From the sequence record MW373745.1: a stretch of 64,000 nucleotides of DNA. One strand, given 5' to 3'. Both the position numbers and the translations under genes were made by a program. Numbering within the stretch: the stretch's first letter is position 1; every line of letters begins with the position of its first letter. Below the pieces are notes generated by a model, which was given only the letters and a program-made list of their open reading frames with translations, had not been told where the DNA came from and did not search any database. Of this stretch, positions 19,760 to 29,072 are shown in pieces.

Positions 19760-20441
19760 TATACTATTAAATTTAACTTATGAAAAAAATGCTAGAAATA
19801 ATATGTTAAAAACAATACATAAGCCTAGACATTATTATAATGAATTACTACATTGTATTGATTGTTGGCGCAACAATGGTGGATCACTAAAAAACATAGA
19901 CATATTGGTTTGCACTGACGATACCACACTAAAATTACCATTTGATAATATTAAATATTTATATGTTAATTTTGACAACAGCTTATCTGACTATGGCTTC
20001 GTAAATATTTACAAGGCAGGTCAAGCAGCAACTAATAATTATCCAAATTTTACACATATACATATAGATTTAGATATGTATGTTTTAAGAGACCCTTCTG
20101 AGATATTGCTTTTTAGAGGAAATACTGCATTAGGTGTATATTCAATTGAGGATGAAAATTATCAAAGAAAAAAAATATTTGGGACAAGGCTTGCTGAGAC
20201 TGATCTGATAATAACAAAACCGGGTTCAAATTTTTATAATCTTTATTTGAAAGAGTTTAATAAAATAGCAAAAATATTGAGGGCTCGAAACACATCCGAG
20301 TATGACATAGAAGAATATGTCGCGGATTGGATGTTATTTAAAAATGAATATGAAATGATAGAGGAATACGAATATGGTGAAAGTTTCAAATGTAAACCAG
20401 CCAACCCCCTATTTTTACATCATCATAAATATTATAATTAG
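19752..20441 (+). CDS. Glycosyltransferase-like protein (GT-A, DxD)
   Basis: LVCTDD and IHIDLDMYV DxD motif. Confidence 0.5.
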   Translation: MNNILLNLTYEKNARNNMLKTIHKPRHYYNELLHCIDCWRNNGGSLKNIDILVCTDDTTLKLPFDNIKYLYVNFDNSLSDYGFVNIYKAGQAATNNYPNFTHIHIDLDMYVLRDPSEILLFRGNTALGVYSIEDENYQRKKIFGTRLAETDLIITKPGSNFYNLYLKEFNKIAKILRARNTSEYDIEEYVADWMLFKNEYEMIEEYEYGESFKCKPANPLFLHHHKYYN

Positions 20442-20442
20442 A

Positions 20443-21231
20443 TTAAATTAAAAGGTCTTTATCAATCACACTAAATCGTTTATAATACCCAAAATCCCTA
20501 GTGTCATATGTATTAAAATCCTTAGACAGCGCTAAAAAAGGACCTTCAGTATCAAAAATTAAAAAACTACGAAACTTATCAATGAAATATTGTTTTGATT
20601 TTTTTATTGTATCGGTGTGTTTATCTATTATGGGTTTGTTCCATAAACTGTCTATCACCAACTTGGAATGGCTTGTAATTTGCCAGGGTTGAGTGTTATT
20701 AAAAGGTTCTAAATTATTTGTGTTACAAAAACCTACACGTAAACCAGGAAGGCCTAGTGTTTTTGAAGGGCCATAAATAACAAAAAAACCTTTACTTTTT
20801 AATTTTTCTACCATATGCTGAAAATCTGTAAAATCTCTACATTGGGAGGTATATATATAATAACTTAAATCAATTATTTTAATTTTATTAGTTAATTCCC
20901 AAATATTATATCGTGGAAAATTTAACGTACAACCATTAGGATAAGTCACATACACCACATCTGCTTGATTAATATTGGTTAATTTCATTTTGAAAAGATT
21001 GGCATAGACGTCAATCATTTTATAATTGGGTAAATCATAATATATTGATAATCCTCGAAAATAATTGAATAAATCTCTTATAATACCATCAGTACCAAAA
21101 TTAATGTAATCACAACCATATAACTCCGGATTTATATCACTACAATATTGGTAAATATTATAAAAATTAATGTTGACATCATAATCTAATATAAATTTAG
21201 AAGCCGGTACGTTGTTATCAGTTTTAAACAT
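20443..21231 (-). CDS. PLP-dependent aminotransferase (class I/II, HisC-like)
   Basis: YVTYPN, IDLSY, SKTLGLPGLRVG PLP-lysine motif; start placed after AAGGAG. Confidence 0.8.
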   Translation of the reverse strand: MFKTDNNVPASKFILDYDVNINFYNIYQYCSDINPELYGCDYINFGTDGIIRDLFNYFRGLSIYYDLPNYKMIDVYANLFKMKLTNINQADVVYVTYPNGCTLNFPRYNIWELTNKIKIIDLSYYIYTSQCRDFTDFQHMVEKLKSKGFFVIYGPSKTLGLPGLRVGFCNTNNLEPFNNTQPWQITSHSKLVIDSLWNKPIIDKHTDTIKKSKQYFIDKFRSFLIFDTEGPFLALSKDFNTYDTRDFGYYKRFSVIDKDLLI

Positions 21232-21288
21232 AATTTGTATGCTCCTTATATTTTTCAATATATTTATAATTTTTAGTGGTGTATTTTT

Positions 21289-21759
21289 TTGTTGAAAAAT
21301 AAATATATAAAAAGAGTGATAATGGAATTAAGCAAAAAGAGATTAAATAAAATAATAAAAATATATAATTTAGCAACAAAGCCGTACAGCGACTCCAAAT
21401 ACACAGATGGTTCTAAATCATATTGGTATTGTTTGGATATAAAGTTTAGACATTTTGCATTTGCTAAAATATTTAAAATAGAATTAAATAATTATGGTGA
21501 TCAGGAAATCATTTATTTTTTTATAAGGACACCTGCATACGAATTTATTAACCCACCTTTAAAAATGTTAGATTTCAAATCGTATCTTTTTAATGCATTG
21601 AAAATGAATAAAATTGAAATGATTTCAATTGAGGATGTGCAAGATTTGACAAATATTGATGGATATATCAATTATAAGGATAAACAAATACATAAGAGGG
21701 GTGTTAGAGAGTTTACCAGTTATTGTTATATATGTCTGTTAAATAATTTTTTAAAATAA
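21289..21759 (+). CDS. Hypothetical protein
   Basis: 156-aa ORF; true start may be 21322. Confidence 0.55.
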   Translation: MLKNKYIKRVIMELSKKRLNKIIKIYNLATKPYSDSKYTDGSKSYWYCLDIKFRHFAFAKIFKIELNNYGDQEIIYFFIRTPAYEFINPPLKMLDFKSYLFNALKMNKIEMISIEDVQDLTNIDGYINYKDKQIHKRGVREFTSYCYICLLNNFLK

Positions 21760-21851
21760 CACCTAATACATAAAAATATGGATATATGTTTGTGAAATAA
21801 AGCCAAACAAAGTAATAACTAATTTATCAAATAAAACCAAAGGTTTAAAAA

Positions 21852-22346
21852 ATGAATATAAATTATGGTTCAATCAAAAAGTTTTTTGGGTTAGATCCAG
21901 ATGAAATTGACGTAATCCAAGAAGTAGGTGATATTTTTCAATTTGGTACTCTTTGGATAGCTTTATTTTTTATAGCTTTATATCCTACGAATATGACAAT
22001 TACACCTATGGTGTGGCTTTATGTAGCTGCAGGACAATTATTGGTATCCGCTAGTCTAAAGAAATTAGTTTCTAAATACTTTCCTAAATTATCAGTTAGA
22101 CCCAATGGAGGTAAAGATTCAATGCCTTCGGGTCATACGTGTGCTGCTTACGCTGGTTTTGGTTGTTTATTTTTTGGTATAAATGAATATAATACAATTT
22201 TAATTATAGCTACTGTGATATTATTAGCTTTAGCTGTTTTTACTGGATTTTCGAGAATAGCTGCGAAAAAACATCATTTTAGAGATGTTTGTGCGGGTGC
22301 TGCTATAGGTTTAATAAGTTCTTGGATTATTATTAATACCAACTAA
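21852..22346 (+). CDS. PAP2-family membrane phosphatase
   Basis: RP, PSGH and SRxxxxxHxxxD motifs with transmembrane segments. Confidence 0.85.
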   Translation: MNINYGSIKKFFGLDPDEIDVIQEVGDIFQFGTLWIALFFIALYPTNMTITPMVWLYVAAGQLLVSASLKKLVSKYFPKLSVRPNGGKDSMPSGHTCAAYAGFGCLFFGINEYNTILIIATVILLALAVFTGFSRIAAKKHHFRDVCAGAAIGLISSWIIINTN

Positions 22347-22704
22347 ACCATTATAAAATATTATAAAGAACTATAAAATTCTTTACATTTTTAATAGTTT
22401 TTCTTGCTTCATAGTTCTTCTCAGACTTTATCTGAGCTTTCTAAGAACTCCACAAGCTTTGATTTTTTAAAGTGGTTCCAGCTGTTGTATCTGTAGCCAC
22501 TGTTTTAAGTCCAGAATATATAATATTTGATATAAATTATATAGTTTTTCTCAATTTCTTAAGGTTGCCTTAGTAACACCTATAATTTTAGAAAATTCTC
22601 CAATAATATACATTTAAAGTCTTTTTAAGAAAACTTATAATATAATTATAGATATTTATATATTCTTATATATTTCACAAATTATATTAAAAAAGGAGAA
22701 TACA

Positions 22705-23292
22705 ATAGCTAACTTTAAAGAATTTTTATTGCTGCAAGAGTCTTTGACTAAAAAGACTAATTATATTAAGCTCGGTGAGAAATACATTAATATGTTTAAT
22801 CAAGTTCTGGATGCAAAGAAATATCTGCAAATATCTCTTTTTAATGTAGATAATAAACAATACTATTGCATCCTAATAATGAAGGATTCAAAGTTGGAAC
22901 CACATTTTGGAGTCTTTTATGAAAATAAATTCAATGAGTTGGTAGAAGCTTTTAAAAATAAAGACACGAAGAGAATCAGTGATTTAGTGAATAGTGAGCT
23001 TTTTATTCAAAAAGATGGTTATCTAAATTCTGATGTAAATTTTCTAAAAGTATTATCATATGTGTTTTCAGTTTTAGTGGATTACCTGGCAATAAAGCCG
23101 ATAGGATTTGTAAAAATTATGGGGATACCGAGAAAGTTCAATCTTTATCAAAAGGTAGTAAAAAATATCATCCAAAAAAATGAGATACCATATCATATTG
23201 TAGTAGAAGAGCAAGATGATAGCTATTCTGGTAAAATTACTGGGCAAACAAACCCTGCCAAGTCAATGATTTTAAAGTATAATTTTGCTTAG
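22705..23292 (+). CDS. Hypothetical protein, paralog of 62093-62644; apparent ATA start
   Basis: AAGGAG six nt before an in-frame ATA; EPHFG and VLSYV.SVL.DY shared with 62093. Confidence 0.6.
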   Translation: MANFKEFLLLQESLTKKTNYIKLGEKYINMFNQVLDAKKYLQISLFNVDNKQYYCILIMKDSKLEPHFGVFYENKFNELVEAFKNKDTKRISDLVNSELFIQKDGYLNSDVNFLKVLSYVFSVLVDYLAIKPIGFVKIMGIPRKFNLYQKVVKNIIQKNEIPYHIVVEEQDDSYSGKITGQTNPAKSMILKYNFA

Positions 23293-23391
23293 TGTGAACA
23301 AAATGCTAAAATATGCTAAAATCTACTAAAACTTCAGTTTAATTTAAGATTATTATTATATAATTATATTGATAAAAACAAAGGAGATAAA

Positions 23392-23688
23392 ATGTACGTT
23401 GCTAGATTTAATGAGTATTTTGGTTATGACTACCAATTAATGGATGTTGAAACAGTTGATATTTTAGAAAATATCTACGATAGTTTAGGATATATGCCTA
23501 GAGACCCAGAACCAATTGATTTAGAAATTGTTTTAGAAGAATTCTATAATACAGATAAAATCTATGTTTTATGTGAAGCTGATGATGAAGAAATTGAATT
23601 TTGTTCTTGTATTGATGAAGTAGAACCAGAAGTTATCATAGATTTTTTGAAATCCAAGGGTCATACTTTTATGGATTCAAATGCTTGA
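23392..23688 (+). CDS. Hypothetical acidic protein
   Basis: AAGGAG RBS; promoter ttaagattattattatataat. Confidence 0.7.
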   Translation: MYVARFNEYFGYDYQLMDVETVDILENIYDSLGYMPRDPEPIDLEIVLEEFYNTDKIYVLCEADDEEIEFCSCIDEVEPEVIIDFLKSKGHTFMDSNA

Positions 23689-23729
23689 TTGCGTTCAATT
23701 AAACTTGATTATAAAATAAAGGAAAAATT

Positions 23730-24121
23730 ATGTTATTATCGTTTTTATATATTTAGCTGGTGTTTTTGATGCTCTTAAGGACACAGCTGAAGTAGTAATT
23801 TGTTTAACATTTGTTGTTTTTTGTTTGTCTTTTGCATTTAACGTGGCATCACACGCCGATAGAGAGGATCGTTTATATAAAATGACATCAAAAAGTATAA
23901 AAATTTGTGTGATAGCTGGTATAATATTTGGTGCTGTAGTTATTTTAGTACCTAGAAGCAGCACTATGTATTTGATGGCTGGTGCTTACGTTGGAACAGA
24001 AGCGATAGAAAATCCGAATATTGTTAATAAATTATCTAAAGTTAATAAAATTATAGATTATAAACTTGACGAAATGTTAAAGGAGCTTGAATCTAAGAAA
24101 TTAGAATACGAAACAAATTAA
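23730..24121 (+). pseudogene. Membrane protein gene with apparent frameshift just after its ATG
   Basis: RBS-led ATG at 23730 is one base out of frame with an open hydrophobic frame from 23732 that joins ORF 23825-24121. Confidence 0.5.
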
Positions 24122-24206
24122 TTTTGTGCCGGCTAATACTAGCTGGTACCAGTTTGTGGCCATCAGTGTAAAACACACAAAATAAATAATCACAAAAAGA
24201 GAGATT

Positions 24207-24656
24207 ATGGACTACTTAAACCCGGGATATGAAGCTCCTAAAAAAGGTAATATTAAAATTACATTAGCATCTTTGGTAGATAGCTTTCAAGAATTTTTAA
24301 CAAAACGTAATTATTTTTTATATAATATAACAACTAAAACTCAAATAAATGATATCAAACAAACGAAAGTTTATAGTGATTTGCACGAACAGTTGAGATC
24401 TATAACTTATAGTCATTTTTATGACGATTATACTTTTTATGCTAAAGATACCTTTGATATTGAGCGTGTTAAATTAATTTTTATGACTTGTTATTTAGAT
24501 TTACTTGAAGAAAATGATATTGATTTATCTAATAATGAATTAGTTACAAATAACGACGTCAACATCGAACATTTTGATTTAGCTTATAAATGGTGCGATT
24601 TCAATACTGAATTGATAAGAACAAAAGCATACGAAATGGGTATATTTAAATCTTAA
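24207..24656 (+). CDS. Hypothetical protein
   Basis: 149-aa ORF. Confidence 0.6.
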   Translation: MDYLNPGYEAPKKGNIKITLASLVDSFQEFLTKRNYFLYNITTKTQINDIKQTKVYSDLHEQLRSITYSHFYDDYTFYAKDTFDIERVKLIFMTCYLDLLEENDIDLSNNELVTNNDVNIEHFDLAYKWCDFNTELIRTKAYEMGIFKS

Positions 24657-24670
24657 GCTAAAGGTTCTAA

Positions 24671-24907
24671 ATGGATGAAATCAATTATGATGTATTAGAA
24701 TATATCATTCAAGATCATTTAAATTGTTCTTTGACTCGTGAAAAATCTGTATTAGATTACTTGAATTTAGAAGCAACTAAAAGAAACCAAAAAATCACGG
24801 GTGAGACTGAATCATTTGTAGTCTACAAATTCAAACCATATATGTTAAGTGATGATATTTTAAAACCTTTTATTCTGTGTACAAATAAAAATAATAAAGG
24901 TTCTTAA
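24671..24907 (+). CDS. Hypothetical protein
   Basis: Stop overlaps the next start. Confidence 0.55.
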   Translation: MDEINYDVLEYIIQDHLNCSLTREKSVLDYLNLEATKRNQKITGETESFVVYKFKPYMLSDDILKPFILCTNKNNKGS

Positions 24908-25584
24908 TGATTTATAATATCGACAAATACGATATAAAACTCTACAATGAATTTTTGAATAATTTATCTAAACATAACGTAGATTACACAGAATACGTGT
25001 GTACAAGAGATAATAAGTTCTATTTATCAACTCAATTAGAGCCTTTTATTCTGGATTATATCCCTATTCAAAATGCTTCTAAAATGTTTTTGATATCTAA
25101 AACAAAAGGAGTTAATAACCAAGATGTATACCAATATAGAAGACAAAAAGTGACAGCTTCTAAAGATAATTTAAAATTATGCATTAATGATGCTTATCAA
25201 TATTTCATAGATTTAAATCAAAAACAAAAAAATTCTATATTTTACTTTGTTAATATATCGAATAAAGAACGTGCCGAAGCTTTATCTAAACAACTAGGTA
25301 GGCTTTATTATTTTGGGTTTTATTATAATAAGTACAGAGTTTATTTGACCAATAATCAATACACAACAAATTACATAGATTCTGAAAATATTTTAGTAAG
25401 TTCTAATGATTTGTTTGATGCTGAGATGCAATTGAATTATAATATATTTAGATTGCAGGATAGACTTAAAAAATTTAGTCAAACACCCTATAGAGAAAAT
25501 GGTACTACAGTGTTACCAAAATATATAGATCCATTTTTTAGAACTCAGGTTAAAGTTCAAACTAATTCAAATGCTAAAAATTAA
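24907..25584 (+). CDS. Hypothetical protein
   Basis: 225-aa ORF. Confidence 0.6.
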   Translation: MIYNIDKYDIKLYNEFLNNLSKHNVDYTEYVCTRDNKFYLSTQLEPFILDYIPIQNASKMFLISKTKGVNNQDVYQYRRQKVTASKDNLKLCINDAYQYFIDLNQKQKNSIFYFVNISNKERAEALSKQLGRLYYFGFYYNKYRVYLTNNQYTTNYIDSENILVSSNDLFDAEMQLNYNIFRLQDRLKKFSQTPYRENGTTVLPKYIDPFFRTQVKVQTNSNAKN

Positions 25585-25655
25585 AACTTTAAATATAATA
25601 TATAATATAAAATTTAAAACTAAAATTTAAAACACAAACATTCAAAGGAGACAAA

Positions 25656-26615
25656 ATGTCTAAAGAATCGAGATATACAAAAGTTAAAAAAGCACCAAAA
25701 ATGATTTCAGATGAAGACTTTGCTGAATTCTTCCAAGCAGCTATAGATTCTAATCTTAATGAAGATTTTAAAAGACCACTCATAGAATCTAAATATAAAC
25801 TTAAATCTAATATTTTATACTTAACAGATGCTTGCAATTTTGATTGTGATTATTGTTATCAAAAAAATGATAGAGATCGTTTAATAAAAAACACGTATAT
25901 CTCTGAAAGAGAAATTAATGATTTTTTTAAAGATCTTATTAAGAGAGAACCAGATAAGCCTAGCACTGTAGTTATATTTGGGGGAGAACCATTTTTAAAC
26001 CCAGATATTGTTTATTATATTTTTGATTTAACTGATAAAATAACATTTCATACCAAGAAGAAATTCAATCTATCATTAACTACAAATGGTGCATATTTTA
26101 AAAATACTAAAAATGCTGATTATTTTATAGAAAGAACCCGCAAATTATTAAACCATTTTTCTTTGGAAATATCTTATGATTTATCAGGGAACTCCAGAAG
26201 AGTTTACAGAAATGGTAAAGATTCTACAAAAGATACTGAGTTTGTTTTAAGTTATTTTAAATCTAAAGACTATAAATTAACTATCCGTTACACTGTACAT
26301 AAATTAAATTATATGAATGCTTTAAAAGATTTAATAACATTAAGTTTAGATTCTAATTATAAAAAAATTGTAGTTAATTTCTATGAAACTGAATTAGAAC
26401 AATATATAAATGTATCTGAGTTTAAAGAAACCCTGAAAAGGCAAACTTGTGAAGTGTTTAAAAGAACTAAAATGCCTATTTGTCATTTAAATTGTTTGGC
26501 TTGTATGGGTTGTAATTTTGCAGATTTTGATGGTATATATTACCAATATAATGATAAATCATTTGAAGTGCAAGAAAATGCAAAGATATTTGAATCTTTT
26601 ACAGAACATTCTTGA
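25656..26615 (+). CDS. Radical SAM protein (stand-alone)
   Basis: CNFDCDYC, FGGEPFL, TTNG, SYD; C-terminal CHLNCLACMGC. Confidence 0.9.
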   Translation: MSKESRYTKVKKAPKMISDEDFAEFFQAAIDSNLNEDFKRPLIESKYKLKSNILYLTDACNFDCDYCYQKNDRDRLIKNTYISEREINDFFKDLIKREPDKPSTVVIFGGEPFLNPDIVYYIFDLTDKITFHTKKKFNLSLTTNGAYFKNTKNADYFIERTRKLLNHFSLEISYDLSGNSRRVYRNGKDSTKDTEFVLSYFKSKDYKLTIRYTVHKLNYMNALKDLITLSLDSNYKKIVVNFYETELEQYINVSEFKETLKRQTCEVFKRTKMPICHLNCLACMGCNFADFDGIYYQYNDKSFEVQENAKIFESFTEHS

Positions 26616-26664
26616 TTTTAGCTTGTGTGAGTTACAAATATATTATAAAACTAAGACAAGGAAA

Positions 26665-26814
26665 ATGATGATAATTCGAGGTGATTGTTTGTAAGCACTA
26701 AAATCAATTACAACGGCACTTGCCAGCAAAAATCTGAATTACAATTATATTACTATAGAAAAAGAACCTAAAGATATAGACGTTATTTGACAAAGACCAG
26801 AATCAAATAATTAA
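26665..26814 (+). pseudogene. Internally deleted DNA methyltransferase remnant
   Basis: MMIIRGDCL*ALKSI joined directly to TTALASKNLNYNYITIEKE..I*QR, the N- and C-terminal motifs of N4/N6 MTases; two stops. Confidence 0.55.
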
Positions 26815-26952
26815 AATACAATTCAGCTTTTTGTAAATATAATATTATTATGAAGATATGATATTAATATATGCACTTTGTTGCAGTTGTTAATTCAATA
26901 TTTTTATAAGTGTTTTAGCACAAAAGTGTAAATTTAAAATGGAAGGTTAAAA

Positions 26953-27750
26953 ATGAAATTCAAAGATTTTTTATTTAATAGCGTCAATAGTGATACTTTA
27001 AATGAAAATGTGCAAAATTATATAGCACAAAAAATACCGGGTTTGGGTGGGAAGCAATTAAAAAGTTTAATACAGGCGTTGCACGATCGTGTAGATTTAC
27101 AAAACGCCGACATCAAATTACTTACAGCAGCAGAAGTTAATAATTTAAAAAAGAACACATCAAGTGAATTTGATTATCTCTTTGTTTACCCTGATGAAAA
27201 ATCCTCAATCTATCACGATATTGGATATGTGTTTATCCACGGCGATCTTGGCTATATACTTAGTACAATGTATCGAAAGAAAACATTAACAGCCACGCTC
27301 AAAACGTGTATAGCAGATTTTAATGACCAAAGTGCGACTTCGAGAGTATTCTGCTTTGCTATCGATAGTGAAAGTAGGAGAAATATGCGCGATAAGCAAA
27401 CACATAGACGAAATTCAAAATCATCTGAATTAGAAAGAGTGAAAGATTCCGGTTCAAGTTGGGTTGAGTTAGACAAAAGTGGTTACAATATAGACGACGC
27501 CTCCAAAAAATTTAATGATCGTTTAAGGGTTCGTTTAAGTAAAATGGGGCTTTCAAAATACGAGAATGTTATCCGAAACCAATTTGAGGCTGCATTAGAA
27601 GATATTTTTAATTCTGACATCATAGACAGCAGCGGAATAGACAAGCTTTATACAATGGTGAAGTTATTAAAAGATGCGAAAACACAATTAACTTATTACA
27701 ATGACGGCCCTAAAAATTTCTTAGAAATAATGCGCAAATTTAAAGCATAG
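26953..27750 (+). CDS. Hypothetical protein, possible internal head protein
   Basis: MKFKDFL...LNE leader. Confidence 0.6.
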   Translation: MKFKDFLFNSVNSDTLNENVQNYIAQKIPGLGGKQLKSLIQALHDRVDLQNADIKLLTAAEVNNLKKNTSSEFDYLFVYPDEKSSIYHDIGYVFIHGDLGYILSTMYRKKTLTATLKTCIADFNDQSATSRVFCFAIDSESRRNMRDKQTHRRNSKSSELERVKDSGSSWVELDKSGYNIDDASKKFNDRLRVRLSKMGLSKYENVIRNQFEAALEDIFNSDIIDSSGIDKLYTMVKLLKDAKTQLTYYNDGPKNFLEIMRKFKA

Positions 27751-27777
27751 TTTTCAAGGATAATTTATCCTTGAAAA
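27751..27777 (+). terminator. Stem-loop
   Basis: ttttcaaggataa-t-ttatccttgaaaa. Confidence 0.55.
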
Positions 27778-27850
27778 CAATTTTATAAATCTATAATAAC
27801 AAATAATACCTTGATTTGGTTCACAATAAATAAACTAAAAGTATGAACTA

Positions 27851-29017
27851 ATGAAATTATCTGAATTAATACTTATTTTAGAAGGTGGCAATACCACAAC
27901 AATCAATAAAAAAACGGGTGAATCTAAAAGTGCTGAAAAAATAGATTTTAATAGATTGTCAATAGAATCTTTTAGAGCTGAATTCATAGATTTATTCACA
28001 AGTCTTAATAGATTGTTTTTAAACAAATACAAAGAAAAACTTTGGGCTAATGATTCTTTGATTAAAAAAGGTCTTGTTTTTAATGGTTCCACGAGTTATA
28101 TTATGAACCCTAAAATGGATCCAAAAGAAATCTTTAAATATAAACAAAGTTCCGGTGATATTGATATTGTTATACCTGCTGAACACCAAGAAAAACTATG
28201 GGATTTATTAGATTCTTTAGAAGGTAAAACAATAGGTAATTTTGAATATCACGGATGCTTTTCACAAAATCGTGAAAAATTAGGAGATCAATTATTAACA
28301 ATATTCGTGTATAAACCCGAAAACATAGCTTGCCAAATAGATTTTGAAAATGCCGACTTTAAAGATGGAAAACCAACGGAATTTGCGAGATTTAGTCACG
28401 GTTCAAGTTTCGAGGATGCCAAAGAATCTATAAAAGCATTTGCACATAAGTTATTATTAAGAGCGTTAGTAGGAGCTATTTCAGCAAATCCAAATATAGT
28501 TGTAGCTACTAAGAGTTCTAAACCAGGCAATATCAAATTAAAAGCAGATAAAAGCACACCTAGAATGGCTCAATTCAGTGTTACCCGGGGTTTGAGATTT
28601 GGTTTGGTTCCTATGTTAGATAAAGGTGAACCCGTTTATTACGAAGGTAAACAAGTATATCAAGAACAAGATACTAGTGATTCAGAATTTATAACAGATT
28701 TAAAAGAAATATTTAAATATATGTTTAAATCAAACGTGGGAATAAAAGATTTGCATAGTTTTATTGGTGTTGTTAAATTAATGAAAAAATACTGCGATGA
28801 AAAAACTATTAAATTAACACAAGAAAGATTCTTTGATATCATTTTTGGAATGCCAGCACAATTCATAGAGCCAAATGATTTGAAATTAGATAGACAAGTT
28901 AAATTAACTGCTTATAATTATTTCTTAAAAGAATTACGTTTAAGACATCCAGGATTAGAAGCAGATATAGATAGATATTATGTTGTTAAAGGTTCTAAAG
29001 CTAAAGCTAAAGCTTAA
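27851..29017 (+). CDS. Nucleotidyltransferase-like protein (Pol-beta superfamily motif)
   Basis: GS...SGDID plus downstream QIDF acidic residue; LEGGN N-terminus. Confidence 0.45.
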   Translation: MKLSELILILEGGNTTTINKKTGESKSAEKIDFNRLSIESFRAEFIDLFTSLNRLFLNKYKEKLWANDSLIKKGLVFNGSTSYIMNPKMDPKEIFKYKQSSGDIDIVIPAEHQEKLWDLLDSLEGKTIGNFEYHGCFSQNREKLGDQLLTIFVYKPENIACQIDFENADFKDGKPTEFARFSHGSSFEDAKESIKAFAHKLLLRALVGAISANPNIVVATKSSKPGNIKLKADKSTPRMAQFSVTRGLRFGLVPMLDKGEPVYYEGKQVYQEQDTSDSEFITDLKEIFKYMFKSNVGIKDLHSFIGVVKLMKKYCDEKTIKLTQERFFDIIFGMPAQFIEPNDLKLDRQVKLTAYNYFLKELRLRHPGLEADIDRYYVVKGSKAKAKA

Positions 29018-29072
29018 AAGCTTGAACTAAAATAGCTTGACTCAGCAATAAATATACAAAAAGTAGGGTTAA

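Noticed and set aside
22380-22560. Hairpin-containing intergenic stretch as an ncRNA
   Set aside because: Pairings are short, and the minus strand reads like a decayed coding remnant; evidence is insufficient either way
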